A stretch of 64,000 nucleotides of DNA from Octopus vulgaris (GCA_951406725.2 OX597827.1:45818001-45882000), one strand, 5' to 3'. Positions 24,852-38,647 are shown, counted from the stretch's first letter. The notes: generated by a model from the sequence alone, not told the origin. Made by a program: numbers and translations.

Positions 24852-26425
24852 AGTGTCACCTATTATTATTATTATATGCACACCAAACAAAGATTTATGA
24901 GTGGATTCTTCCAGATAGAAACTGAATGAATCCCATTGCACATGATGCATGTGTTCCTTTGTCTTGACATCGTGTGATGGTTGTAAATAAACAAGTGTCA
25001 CCATCATACATCTGTTGTTCTTCATTCCCAACTTTTGTGAAAAACATGTCTGGGCGTGGGTGGGAGTTGGGGTGGGGGCGAAATAACTTGTTGGGTAAAC
25101 CGGAGATTGTTGGTGACATGAAGGGCATCTGGTCATAGAAAGATCTACAAGAACAAGTCCTGTCATATCTGTGTAAGGATGGAAAAGTGAGCATTAAGAT
25201 GATGATGACGACGATGATGACAATGTGTCATCGGCAAGTATATATGTGTATGTATGTGTATTTTTGTATGTTCATTACACTTGTAGCAGTAAAATTTTCA
25301 GACCAATTAGAACAGACTTTCACAATGTTTCTCCTGAATATTTTTATGACATTTTGTAATCTACAAGAACAACAACAACAACGAAAAAAAAAAATGCTTT
25401 GTAATTAATTAATCATTTTTTCTTTTTCCACCAGAATACATCTAATAAAATCTGGCTGCTGATTGCTTTCTAAATATAGAATACAACAGGCTGTTTTGAT
25501 ATTCAGAAACCTGAATGATAAATTAACTACAGTTAATTTATATTTCAATTACACAAACAATATACACACTGTACTTCATACTGTACATTGTACTTTGTTG
25601 TGCATTGGGTAGTACTTCTCCCTTGTAATCACAAGTGCACTGTGAAGGTTTCAGTTAACAAAGGTTCCTCCAGTTGTTCAATTAACTGGACTGTCTAGTC
25701 ACTGTCATAAAGTGTCCTGTGGTTGAGTATTGCATAACCAATTGTAATCATCAACAAACTCCCCAGGCAGAGTCAGAGTGACACTGCAGGTCTATGACTG
25801 GCTCTTTCAATGACAAGAGCAGTCTGGTCAACAGGCTTCTTTGCTGATAAACCTTGCGTTGCCCTGACCCTTTAGTAGAAGACACTTGGCCAAACCAATG
25901 TCACAAAGTTGGAATGAACCTCGAGTTCATAACTGAGAATTATTATATGCTAACCAAAAGGCTATATATAAATTTTATACACACACAGGTGCGGGAGTGG
26001 CGGTGTGGTAAGAAGCTTGCTTCCCAACCACATGGTTCCGGGTTCAGTCCCACTCCATGGCACCTTGGGCAAGTGTCTTCTATTATATATTTCTTTACTG
26101 CCCACAAGGGGCTAAACATAGAGGGGACAAACAAGGACAAACGAAGGGATTGAGTCAATTATATCGTCCCCAGTGCGAAACTGGTACTTTATTTATCGAC
26201 CCCTTCTATTATAGCCTTGTGAATGGATTTGGCAGACAGAAATTGAATGAAATCTGTCGTATGCATGCATGCATGTTTGTATGTAGTTATATGTGCATGG
26301 ATATAAAGGGCAAACAAGATATACAAAGATGTAGCTTTTACTTATATAAGGAAACTAAAAGGGAAGAAACAAACAAACAAAAAAAAAAGAAGTCAAAGAA
26401 ATGTCTTTGTAATGAGTAAACCCAC

Positions 26426-26530
26426 TTGCTAACTCCTTGTTTGCCAAAAGTACTCGTTCGACATATTTCGGGTCTGATACAGGCCCTGTTTTTCCTCTGT
26501 TCCGGATGGCGCATCCAGTCATCCCAAAAT
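26426..26530 (-). CDS. MGAT1: MGAT1 coding exon ([35 protein letters not shown])
   Basis: Acceptor atctttttag and donor gtgggt; 105 nt, phase 2 to 2. Confidence 0.95.
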
Positions 26531-27217
26531 CTAAAAAGATCAAATTAAACACAAGGATTAGAGATTAATTAGATGAAGCACTGGGTAATGAGAACAGCGA
26601 TGAACTATGGTGGTAAACATCCCAACAAAATTTCGATGAAAGGAAACAAGAAGCACTCAGATTACTCTGTCAATTGTAAAATGCTTATTCATTCACACTG
26701 TTTTAAATTAATCATGGCTTAGCAGTTTCAACGATGGGATTGTATATTTTTAGTGTAACATTGTAGAATATTTGGATCAGCCCTTTAAATGCTAAAGGGT
26801 TGAGGGTCAGTGAAAATCCTCAAAATGGTATTAGAAGGTATTTATTTCTGTTACAATGAGCATCAGTATTGCTAGCGGAATCAAGTTTGATTTAAAAAGG
26901 AGAGACAATTGTGGCTTTTTCAGAGGGAAAACAAACAACAACCTTGAGTTTAAGCATCAAAATAAATTATTCTTTAGATTCAGGTTTCAAATTCCATCAA
27001 GCCCAACTCTGCATTACATTCTTTTGGGGTTAATAAAATAAAATATCAGTCACATACTGGCCTCAATTATATCAATGTACTTCCTCCCTCCATACATCAG
27101 GCCATGAGTTTATGTTATCATTATTATCATCAACATTAAGGCAGACAGTTGGTAGAACTGTTAGCACCAGACAAAATGCTTAGCAGTATTTCAGATATCA
27201 TTATGTTCTGAGTTCAA

Positions 27218-27733
27218 ATTTGCTTTTCATCCTTTCAGAATGAAAGGCAAAGATAATATTACCTTCCAGTGAAGCAAACACGGAATTACCCATTGGAGGA
27301 AGGAATTTACAGCATGAGTGACAACTCCTAGTAGTCACAGACACTAAATACAAATTGATACAGTTAGCCGTAATCTGGAACATAACTGAGAGCTACCACA
27401 GTATCCAACTGGATAATATACCTCTCTAAAATATCCAGCTCTGCTGGGTGGTTAGTGTTAGGAAGGGTATCCAGCTGTAAAAACTCAGCCAAAACAGATA
27501 CAGAAGTTTGGTGCAGGCTCCTGCTTGGCCAGCTCAGATCAAACTGTCCAACCCATGCCAACATGGAATGCAGACGCTAAACAACGATGATAATGATGAA
27601 TCTCACATTAATATATATATATATATATACTACAAAATTAGAGAATGGAGAAACATACTTAAATCAATAAAACATCAACTATCCGATGATACCCAATCAA
27701 TACTTTAATACACCATTACATATGAGTAAAGGC

Positions 27734-27764
<31 letters not shown>

Positions 27765-29323
27765 GTTAATCCAAACATGAAAGCATAAAAAAACACAACA
27801 ACGCGAAGACGTGGAACAAATTTAGTATTATTGGACGCTCAGGAAAGAAGGAAAAAAGGAGGGTTTAACATTTCGAGCGGAGCTCTTCGTCAGAAACATA
27901 GGAGAAGGAAAGATCCAGAGAAGGGAAGACAGAGGAAAAAAATCGCCAACGGTACACACGCGGTCACATTTTGAATGATCGGAAGGAAATGGGTGAAGAA
28001 AAGTTCTTTCAAACACAGGAGAGTGCAAGAGGAGGTATATGTGTGTAAGTGTGGATATATGCGTGAAACATGTGTGTATGTATATGTGTGTGTATACTAC
28101 AGCACTCTGTCAGTTACAATGACAAGGGTTCCAGTTGATCCGATCAACAGAACAGCCTGCTCGTGAAATTAACGTGCAAGTGGCTGAGCACTCCACAGAC
28201 ACATGTACCCTTAACTTAGTTCTCGGGGAGATTCAGTGTGATACAGAGTGTGACAAGGCTGGCCCTTTGAAATACAGGTACAACAGGAAAGAGTGAGAGA
28301 AAGTTGTGGTGAAAGAACACGGCAGGGTTCACCACCACCACATGCCAGAGTCTCATGTTTTTCGCTCAATAAACACAATGTCCAGTCTGGGAATCAAAAC
28401 CGTGATCATACGACTGCAAGTCCGCTGCTTTAACCACTGCGCTATTGCACCTCCACGTATATATATATATTGTATGTGTGTATAAATAAGTATGCAAATA
28501 AATAAGTATACATAAGAACTCGTATTCAGGTGACCTACAAAATAACATCCGCATACGTATACACATATACACACCGAAACACGCAGACATGCAAAAACGA
28601 ATATAAAACAGACCACAGATGCAGAAACAGACATTCATAACCTGTAAAAACAAGTTTCAAATAGAAAACCCATCCTTTTCATCTTTTCACATGTCAAAAC
28701 TATTCACATAAGAAAAACAAAAACAAAAACAATCTTTGCTTTGTTTCCTGTTGTTAATAACTGTTATGACATAGTCCTACCTGAACTTCTTTTATGACAC
28801 CAACTTTAACCAACTTTTAATTTAACGGCTTTCATAACTATTTTTCTAATGAAATGCAATGTGTTTGTGTTACAATTAATTTTGGAGAGTATCAACAATA
28901 TGCAAACAACTGGTTTCTTTTTTTCTTTTTTTTTTTTTTACTTTGCTCGTTAATTAGGCATAGGTGTTTTCACCTATGTGTGGTAAGAAGTTGGCTTCTC
29001 AACCACATGGTTCCAGGTTCAGCCCCTAACTGTAATCAACTGTCTGTTTTGGCTAGGTTTTTACAGCTGGATACCCTTCCTAACACCAACCACCCAGCAG
29101 AGTTGGATATTTTAGAGATGTATTTTATCCAGTTGGATACTGTGGTAGCTCTCAGTTATGTTCCAGATTACGGCTAACTGTATCAATTTGTATTTAATGT
29201 CTGTGACTACCAGGAGTTTGTCACTCATGCTGTAAATTCCTTCCTCCAAAGGGTAATTCCGTGTTTGCTTCACTGGAAGGTAATATTATCTTTGCCTTTC
29301 ATTCTGAAAGGATGAAAAGCAAA
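27218..29323. repeat. Inverted duplication of ~280 bp (27218-27500 vs 29041-29323)
   Basis: Arms are reverse complements with few mismatches; both translate to ...HPAELDILE.Y.IQLDTVVALSYVPDYG in opposite ORFs. Confidence 0.9.
27863..27897 (-). ncRNA. Second, unrelated minimal hammerhead ribozyme in a Penelope-like repeat fragment (~27760-27975)
   Basis: Minus strand reads GUUU-CUGACGA-A-GAGC(ucc)GCUC-GAAA-UGUU-AAAC, with stems I and II paired. Confidence 0.62.
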
Positions 29324-30403
29324 CTTGACCTCAGCATAATTTGAACTCATAAATTAAATATATTTAATATATGTTTAATGGGTTTTGCAACTACATTTCT
29401 AATAAAATACGTGTTTGTGTTATAATTAATTTAATTTTGAAGAGTATCAACAACATGCAAATGACCAGCTTTTTTGTTTGTTTTTGTTCATTAAATACAC
29501 ATAGGTGTGTATGAGTGTTAAGAAGTTGGGTTCTCAACCACATGGTTCCAGGATCAGTCTCACTGCATGACACCTTGTGAATGGATTCGGGGGACAGAAA
29601 CTGACAGAAGCCCTTTGTATGTGTGTGTGTGTGTGTGTGATTCTGCATTTATAAGAATGTATGTGTGTGTTTGGGTCTCCTTGTCTTGACACTGCAATAA
29701 CTGTAAACGAATGGCCTTGTCATACAAGGGGTGTTCCTTACTCTTAGTCTTCCATGGAAACATGTCAAGTCATGGGAAAATATTACTATACTTGGAAACA
29801 GGTGAGGGATAGTAACAGGAACTGGCTGCAGAAAAATCTGCCCCAACAAATTCAGTCTGACCAAGGCAAGCACAGACATTAAAATGACAATGATGATGAT
29901 TTGAGTCTAACTTTAGAGTTTTGGTAGTCCAGCATTTTAACCTCACGGACAACAAGTCTCCTTAATTCCCCCAGATATATTTAATATATGCTTCAAATTT
30001 TGGCGCTAGGGCAGCAAGTTTGGGGGGAAGGGGTAAGTCACTTGCATGGGGCCCCCATCCCCGTGTTGAGTACCCGATGTTAAAAGATGATAATGATGAT
30101 ATACGATGGGTTTACTATTTTTAAACTCACAACGTGAGATATTCAGCAACAGTACTTTGTAGTAAAGACTGTTTGCCAACATAACATGGCAGTCCTGGTT
30201 TAGGACTAATGTTGCTGTAATTTAACCCCAGGAGGCATCGCCTCCAGCTGGCTATACGGCATGATCTGTGTCCTTATAATTTAGAACAAGGGAATCTAGC
30301 ACCCCAACTAATGTATACGCAAATGTAGAAAAGTGTGTGTTAAATGAACACACACACACCCACCCGCTTAAGAACAAAAGGAGAAAGAGAGAGAGATACT
30401 CAC

Positions 30404-30494
30404 GTTTTTGGCCACTTGGGTTCCAACTCCAACCATGTTCTCCGTTCCATCATCCATCCAAGACCAGGGAAGAAATCTGTACGGTAGAGGAGGT
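30404..30494 (-). CDS. MGAT1: MGAT1 coding exon (NLLYRTDFFPGLGWMMERRTWLELEPKWPKT)
   Basis: Acceptor tctttctctcctccag and donor gtgagt; 91 nt, phase 1 to 2. Confidence 0.96.
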
Positions 30495-30888
30495 CTGGAG
30501 GAGAGAAAGACAAGTGGGGAGATCAGGATAAGGTGAAGAGGTATGTAAGGATATTACAAGAGAGATTAAGAGGTGGAGATATGAAGATTAAGTATTGGAG
30601 AGCTGATGTAGATATTACAGGATGGCTGAACAGATTATTACAGGATGGAGAAGAGGATGAAATCTGCTGGAGAGGGAGAAAGAGAGCAGACAGAAAGATG
30701 AACAGATAGACGGTGAATGAAGAGGAAAGGTGATTTAAAGAGATGCAGAGAGATAGAGTGAGAATTTTTATTGGAGGGGAGAGAGTGAGAGAGAGAGAGA
30801 GAATGTGTGTGTGTGTGTGTGTAAATGGATAGACAGATAGATAGGAAGACAGACAGAGGTAAATAGATAGGTAGACAGACAGGCATAC

Positions 30889-30931
<43 letters not shown>

Positions 30932-31040
30932 TAGAGAGAGAGAGAGAGATAGAGAGATAGATAGATAGAGATAGATAGATAGAGAGATAGATAGATAGAG
31001 AGATATAGATAGAGAGATATAGATAGACAGACAGACAGAC

Positions 31041-31090
<50 letters not shown>

Positions 31091-32325
31091 GCAAGCATCA
31101 AGAGGTGGTGAAACATTGGAGTAGTTAGGGCAGTTCTATTGTACTAGATGGTAGAAAAGGGAGTGGGGGACAGTGGGGGAAGGGGTCAAAGAGAACAATG
31201 AGTGAATGAATGAATGAATAACTAGCTGAATGAATGAATGAATGAATGAAATAACAACAACAACAACAACAACAGGAATAGAAAAAGAAAGCTCAGCTCC
31301 AGCAGAACTGGTTAAAGCCTGAAAGACCAGACAGGGTGACTTTGTGAAGACAATAATTTAATATATATCGAGGAATTAATAACTGATGTGCTCTGGCTTT
31401 GTGAAGACTAAGAAGTTTCGAAATCAAGTGTGTGGGTGTGTGTGTGTTGGGGGCGGGGGGCGGGGGGGGGGCGGAAAGAGACAAATAAATAAAATAAAAT
31501 AAAAATAAAGGTCCCACTGAATAACAGAAACTAAACAATCAAGCAGACAGTCAGTGAAAAATAATAATAATAATAATAATGATGATGATAGTGATGATTA
31601 TAAAAATAATAATAGCAATAATAATAATAATAATAATAATAATCATAATAAAATGTTAATTCTAGCTAATTTTGGAAACAAGGCCTGAAATTTTGAGAGG
31701 AAAGGGCAAGTTTATTACACTGACCCCAGTGTCTGGTCGATACTTTTACTTTATTGACCCTGAAAGGATAAAAGGCAAAGCTGATCTTAATGGGATTTGA
31801 ACTCAGAATGCAAGGAGCCAACGGAAATGCTGCCGAGCACTTAGTCCACCAGTTTAACAATAACAACAGAATGCCCCACGCCCTGCAAGACCTTAGACAT
31901 ACTTTTCAGTGATTCATCAAAATCAGTGGTTGCTGATGGTATTGGTGTTGTTGTTGTCTGTGTTTAGCTCGCCCCCCCCAGCCCTGGTCAAACCAGCAGA
32001 CAGACCTATGATCAGCTGTGATTGTTCCATCATTGGGTTTTCTCTCTCACTCCTCTTCACTAAGAGCATCTAAAGACAGCATCAACCGATGTGTGCTGTA
32101 ACTTGCAAGACGGTACAGTATAATTGTTGTAGGAGATTTGGCTGCTATTTCTACAATTTGACTGACTACACAGTGTCCACTTGGTTGGTTTATGTATGTG
32201 TGTACATCATCATCATCATCGTCGTCGTCTTCATCGTTTGTTTTAACACCCACTTTTCCATGCTTCTATGGGTCAGACAAGAACAGGCGGTGCTGGCATT
32301 GGCCACGTTCGGATGGTGCTTTTTA

Positions 32326-32718
32326 CGTGCCACTGGCACAGGTATCACAACTACAATTTCCATTTGACTTTTATTTTGACGTTGGTGTACTTGACTCAAT
32401 AGGTCTCCTCAAGCACAGCGGATCACCCTACGATCCAAGGTTAGCACAGCAGGCCGTACTGCGAGCCATGAACTCACTTCATTTGTCGGGCCTTCGCAGT
32501 CACAGCACATCTCAGAGGTCTCGGTCTTTTGTCATTGCCTCTGTGAGGCCCAACGTGCCACTGGCACGGGTATCACAACTACAATGCCCATTTGATTTTT
32601 ATTTTGACGTTGATGTACTTGACTCAGTAGGTCTCCTCAAGCACAGTGGATCATCCTACGATCCAAGGTTAGCACAGCAGGCCATCTTGCAAGCCATGAA
32701 TTCACTTCATTTGTCGGG
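32326..32718. repeat. Direct duplication (~165 bp, period 228) inside a family C element
   Basis: The ORF 32192-32779 peptide repeats VPLA.VSQLQ.PFDFYFDV.VLDS.GLLKHSGS.YDPRLAQQA twice. Confidence 0.85.
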
Positions 32719-33720
32719 TCACTTCATACATATATATTTGTGTTTGTGTATGCCAGCACAGAAGACAGACATAAAATGATGATGATGTTGATGATGATGA
32801 TAGAACGAGTGAAGTGGAGACAGACATATTACATACGATACACTATGAAGTTTCATGTTATTAAATTACACACACACATATTTGTAAACCTTCAGAGAGA
32901 ATATCAGGGTGTTTGCATCAGTGTGTGTGTATATATATATAAAGGCAAGTGTGTGTGTATTACAGAGACGTTATGAAGTTTTGCTTTATCAAATCACACA
33001 CGTGTACACACACACACACACACCCAAGGGTAGGTCATTTGAAAACAATACTGATACACAGCGACTGGAATGTTTCATGGGACAGAAAAAGACAAAGTTA
33101 AATGAAGTGAAAATAATTTACTGCTCTAGCAATAAGTCATAGCATAAATATAGAATATCTAACGAGTTTATATGATCGTCAACGCTCTAAAATTAGCATC
33201 ATATTAAATAATGACTTAACAACTTTGTGCTATAAACAGACAGCAAGGCAGGACAGACAGAAAGATAGATAAACAGGAAAATATAGACAGATAAATATAT
33301 AGATATAGTGAGACAGACAGACAGACAGACAGATAGATAGATAGGCACAGGAGTGGATATGTGATCAAAAAGCTTGCTTCACAATCATGTGGTCCTGGGT
33401 TCAATCCAAGTGTCTTCTACTAGAGCCCTTGGCTAATGGATTTATTAGGTGGAAACTGAAAAAAGCCCATTGTCTTTAGATATACATACACATAGACCAG
33501 CATAAGTGGTGTCATGTAAAAAAACTGTGCTTTTTCAACGCATAGAACTCCCAGCACATTCTATAAAATGGTTGGTGACAGGAAGGGCATCCAACTGTAG
33601 AAACCAGGCTAAATCAGACTGGGACTTGTTGCAGCTCTCCATCTTGCCAGTCCTGGTAAAATGGTCCAACCCATGCCAGCATGGAAAACAAAACACACAC
33701 ACATATATGTATGCATGCAA

Positions 33721-33866
33721 CATCAAAAAATACCTTAGGAATGAGAACCCAGGTTCGAAATTTCCCCAAGACACTTGATGAAGGCCGGAGGGTATATCAG
33801 CCGAAACATATTAACAACAAACAAGATGAGGACAAATATCCGTCAAATGTAAATAATGTAAATAAT
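33721..33866 (+). mobile_element. Family F SINE 3' part with degenerate hammerhead
   Basis: GACAC-TTGATGA-AGGCCG..CAGCC-GAAACAT; flanks match 20990-21127. Confidence 0.75.
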
Positions 33867-33869
33867 TTA

Positions 33870-34500
33870 CATTTTGAGTTTAAATTCTGCCAAGGTCAAC
33901 TTTACCTTTCATCCTTTCAGGGTTGACAAAGTAAATACCAGTTGAGTACTGGGGATGATGTAATCAACTAACCCCTTCCTCTGAAATTGCTGGCCTTGTG
34001 TCAAAAGTTGAAATTATTATTAGTATTATTATCATTATTATTATTATTATTATTATTATAATTATTCAGGCGGTGAGCTGGCAGAATCATTAGCATGGTA
34101 GATGAAATGCTTAGCGGTATTTCGCCCATCACTATGTTCAAGAGTTCAAATTCCTCTGAGGTCGACTTTGCCTTTCAGCCTTTTGGGGTCAATAGATTAA
34201 GTACCGGTGAAACACTGGGGTCTTGTGCCTCCAGTAGAAAGGATTATCATTATTATCATTATTAAGGTGGCAAGCTGGCAGAATCATTTGCACACCGGGT
34301 GGAATGCTTAGTGGCATTTCATCCATCTTTACATTCTGAGTTCAAATTCCGCCAAGGTTGACTTTATCTTTCATCCTTTCAGGGTTGACAAAAGCACCAG
34401 TTGAGCAGCGGAGTCAGTGTAATCAACTTAATCACCCCTACACCCCCACCCCCTCGCACACTTCCAAATTGCTGGCCTTGTGCAAAAATTTGAAACCAAT
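33870..34500 (+). mobile_element. Tandem family A SINE copies
   Basis: Three consecutive copies/fragments of the same unit with (TTA)n spacers. Confidence 0.8.
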
Positions 34501-34504
34501 ATTT

Positions 34505-34990
34505 AAATCGAAATCAAATTCAATGACTGGCATCTGTGCTAGTGGAGCGCTAAGAGCACCATCCGAGTGTGATCGTTGCCAGAGCAGCTAACTGGCTTCC
34601 GTGCTGGTGGCGCATAAAAAGCACCATTTGAGTGTGATTGTTACCAGCATCGCCTTACTGGCACTTGTACCGATGGCATGCGAAAAAACATTCGAGCGAG
34701 GTCGTTGCCAGTGCCACTGGACTGGCTCCTATGCAGGTAGCACGTAAAAAACACCATTTGAGCATGGCCGTTGCCAGTACCGCCTAACTGGCCCTCATGC
34801 CGGTGGCATTTAAATGCACCCACTACACTTTCAGAGTGGTTGGCGTTAGGAAGGGCATCCAGCTGTAAAAGCTCTGCCAGATCAGATTGGAGCCTGGTGC
34901 AGCCATCTGGTTCGCCAGTCCTCAGTCAAATCGTCCAACCCATGCTAGCATGTAAAGCGGAGGTTAAACGATGATGATGATGATGATGAT
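34505..34990 (+). mobile_element. Retroposon family C with (GAT)n tail; other copies ~16480-16750, 23370-23600, 32220-32720, 37835-38080, 42920-43350, 50060-50297, 56200-56530
   Basis: GGTGGCACGTAAAAAGCACC sub-repeats, GTGGTTGGCGTTAGGAAGGGCATCCAGCTGTA, ...CCAACCCATGCTAGCATG.AAAGCGGACGTTAAACGATGATGAT. Confidence 0.8.
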
Positions 34991-35554
34991 TTCACAACAG
35001 TAAATTACAACTTTTGGTTCAACGTATTGGCATTATTCACAAAATGGATGCACCTGTTTTTAGCATGTTTTAATAGACACCAAACAAAAACCAATACTCA
35101 GAGCCTAGAGATATATAAAGGTTATTTGAGGTCATAATAGATTCTATTTGGCAAGACAGATGATATTTCAATAATCACATAGATGTCAGTGTCTGGTGCC
35201 TACCATCATGAATTTACTGCCCCGATGGTTCTTTAATAGCCAGTCAGATGATTGGTTGAGCAGTGCACAGCTAAGCAACATGGTTTCCATCATTAAAATT
35301 TAGGCAATTCATTTTTACTGTTTGTCAGTTGTTGCAAATAGCCATTGGTGTCGTAGTCAGCTAATTTCACTGTTATTATTTTAAATTATGTTAGACAAGT
35401 TTTATGATATTTTATTATTTTCATTATTTACATTGGACAGATACGTGTCCTCATCTTCTTTGTTGTTACCACAACGTTTTGGCTGATTTACTCTCTGGCC
35501 TTCATCGAGTGCCCTGGTAGAATTTTGTGTACCCAACTCTGGGTTCTCATTCCT

Positions 35555-35930
35555 ACTCTTTTACTTGTTTCAGTCATTTGACTGCAGCCATGCTGAAACA
35601 CTGCCTTTAGTCAAGCAAATCGACACCAGAACTTATTCTTTGTAAGCCTAGTGTTTATTCTATCAGGCTCTTTTTGCTGAACTGCTAAGTTACAGAGACG
35701 TAAACATACCAACATCGGTTGTCAAGCAATGTTGGGGGGACAACACACACACACACACATATATATACATATATATGATGGGCTTCTTTCAGTTTCTGTC
35801 TACCAAGTCTACTCACAAGGCTTTGGTCGGCCCGAGGCTATAGTAGAAGACACTTGCCCAAGATGTCACACAGTGGGACTGATCCTGGAACCATGTTGGT
35901 AAGCAAGCTACTTACCACACAACCACTCCT
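35555..35930 (-). mobile_element. Family B SINE nested inside a family F SINE
   Basis: A full reverse copy splits the family F element into 35425-35554 (tail) and ~35955-36040 (head). Confidence 0.75.
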
Positions 35931-36114
35931 AATGTTATTGTTATTATTATTATCATTTATTCACGGCACTACCTGCAATTGAACTTGCAATCTTGGGGCT
36001 AGTAGCCCGCGCTCTTAACCATTAGGCTATATGCCTGTGGGCAATTATAATTGCCCATGGGCTTTACAAATCATCATCATAATAATAATGAAAATAATGA
36101 TTATAATAATAATA

Positions 36115-36545
36115 ATCCTTTCTAATAAAGGCACAAGGCATGAAATTTGGGGAGAGGAGACTAGTCGATTACATTGACCCCAGTATTTCACTGGTACTTA
36201 ATTTACCGACCCCAAAATGATGAAAGGCAAAGTCAACCTCAGTAGAATTTGAACTCAGAATGTAGCAACAGGCAAAATACCGCTAAGCATTTCACCTGGC
36301 GTGCTAACGATTCTGCCGGGTCATCTCTCTGGCAAGCTGGCAGAATCGTTAGCATGCCAGGTGAAATGCTTAGCGGTATTTCACCCATCTTCATGTTCTG
36401 AGTTCAAATTCCACTGTGGTCAAACTTTACCTTTCACCCTTTCAGCATCAAATAATTAAGTACCAGTTATGTACTGAGGCCAATGTAATCAACTAACCCT
36501 CTCCCCACCATATTGCTGGCCTGGTGCCAAAATTTGAAACCATTA

Positions 36546-36597
<52 letters not shown>

Positions 36598-36840
36598 CAT
36601 TATTATCATTATTATTATTATTATTATCGTCACGTCGAGGCTGTGAACTGTTAGCATGCTGGACAAAATGCCTAGTGGTATTTCGCCTATCACTACATTC
36701 TGAATTCAGATTCTGCTGAGGTCAACTTTTCCTTTCAGGGTTGATAAAGTAAGTACCAGTGAGATACTGAGGGTCAGTGCAATCAACTAGTCCCCTCCCC
36801 ACAAATTTCAGGCCTTGTGCCTATGAAAGAAAAGATTATC
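36115..36840. mobile_element. Family A SINE copies (one minus, two plus; head-to-head junction near 36325)
   Basis: Same consensus as the 5682-11711 units, flanked by (TAA)n/(TTA)n. Confidence 0.8.
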
Positions 36841-36866
36841 ATCATCATCATTATTATTATTATTAC

Positions 36867-36900
<34 letters not shown>

Positions 36901-37000
36901 TTTCTAATCTAATGTTGTGGTTGAGCTGTTTATTATTTATTATTATTACTATTATTAGTAGTATTAGTATTGTCCCTTTGATCCTCGGTCGAAAATTTGC

Positions 37001-37049
<49 letters not shown>

Positions 37050-37364
37050 TTTCAGCTTCGCCTTGTATTGCATATTATTTCTCCATACAGGGGTTTTTTT
37101 CAATGGCGGCCCATTTTCGCGGGGTTCCACTATTTCCCTTCTCTCTCTCCCTCTTTTACGTTGTCTGCCATCCCCCCTCTTCCTTTGCTAAGAGCATTTT
37201 TAAGCCAGCCCGTCATATTCCCGTGTCAGGCAGAAGAACGAAATGTTCCCAAGATAAGAGAGTCTTTCTAATCTAATGTTGTGGTTGAGCTGTTTATTAT
37301 TTATTATTATTACTATTATTAGTAGTATTAGTATTGTCCCTTTGATCCTCGGTCGAAAATTTGC

Positions 37365-37413
<49 letters not shown>

Positions 37414-37586
37414 TTTCAGCTTCGCCTTGTATTGCATATTATTTCTCCATACAGGGGTTTTTTTCAATGGCGGCCCATTTTCGCGGGGTTCCACTATTTC
37501 CCTTCTCTCTCTCCCTCTTTTACGTTGTCTGCCATCCCCCTCTTCCTTTGCTAAGAGCATTTTTAAGCCAGCCCGTCATATTCCCG
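36901..37586. repeat. Near-identical direct duplication (~323 bp, period 364)
   Basis: 36901-37223 repeats at 37265-37586, including the same microsatellite arrangement. Confidence 0.92.
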
Positions 37587-38394
37587 GTGCACCCGCCCTT
37601 GCCCACCCCCACCACCAATACCGGATATCTCTATATTTTTGCTCCATCTATACCGGATGTCGCTTCTCCCACCACCATTATAGGTGTCTACTCTTCGAAC
37701 CCCCTCTTCAATACGCTATTTCAACATGCATTACCCCTCTCTTGATATCCTACGTTCTACTTGCCTAGAACCTGTCATCATTTCTCTGAACCACCCCTCC
37801 CCACTGGTGCTCCCCTATATTCCCCCCCCCCCACATAAAAAGCACCATCCGAACGTGGCCGATGCCAGACCCCTCTGGCACCTGTGCAGGTGGCACGTAA
37901 AAAACACCCACTACACTCGCGGAGTGGTTGGCGTTAGGAAGGGCATCCAGCTGTAGAAACCCTGCCAGACTAGACTGGAGCCTGGGGCAGTCCCGAGCTC
38001 CCCAGACCCCGGTCGAAACCGTCCAACCCGTGCTAGCGCGGAAAACGGACGTTAAACGATGATGATGATGATGATGATGATAGCCTTTACATTAACGCAG
38101 CTTCCCGTACACATCAGTAACTAGCTGTGGAAAATATTGATTTCCAGAACATAGAAGATGTGTGAGTGTACCAAACAGGTCACTTCATTACTGTTGCTGA
38201 CACTCCAAACCAGAGAATGATTAAGTTTCAGATATTAAAAATGCCAGCATGGAAAGTGGACTTTAAATGATGACGGCATTTAACCGTTTTATGACATCGC
38301 TCTTGAAACAGACTGCCTTATTTCAATTAATTTTGAAAGTAATGAAGAAATTTAGTAAAATGCCTTTGTCATTACAAAGTTAGGGTTTGGACTA

Positions 38395-38609
38395 TACTCT
38401 TTTACTTGTTTCAGTCATTTGACTGTGGTCATGCTGGAGCACCGCCTTTAGTTGAGCAAATTGACCTCAGGACTTATTCTTTGTAAGCCTAGTACTTATT
38501 CTATCAGTCTCTTTTGCTGAACCGCTAAGTTACGGGGACGTAAACACACCAGCATCGGTTGTCAAGTGATGTTGGGGCGACAAACACAGACACACAGACA
38601 CACAGACAT

Positions 38610-38647
<38 letters not shown>

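Noticed and set aside
32192-32779. 195-aa ORF with an internal repeat
   Set aside because: It is the antisense read of a family C retroposon containing a 165-bp duplication.
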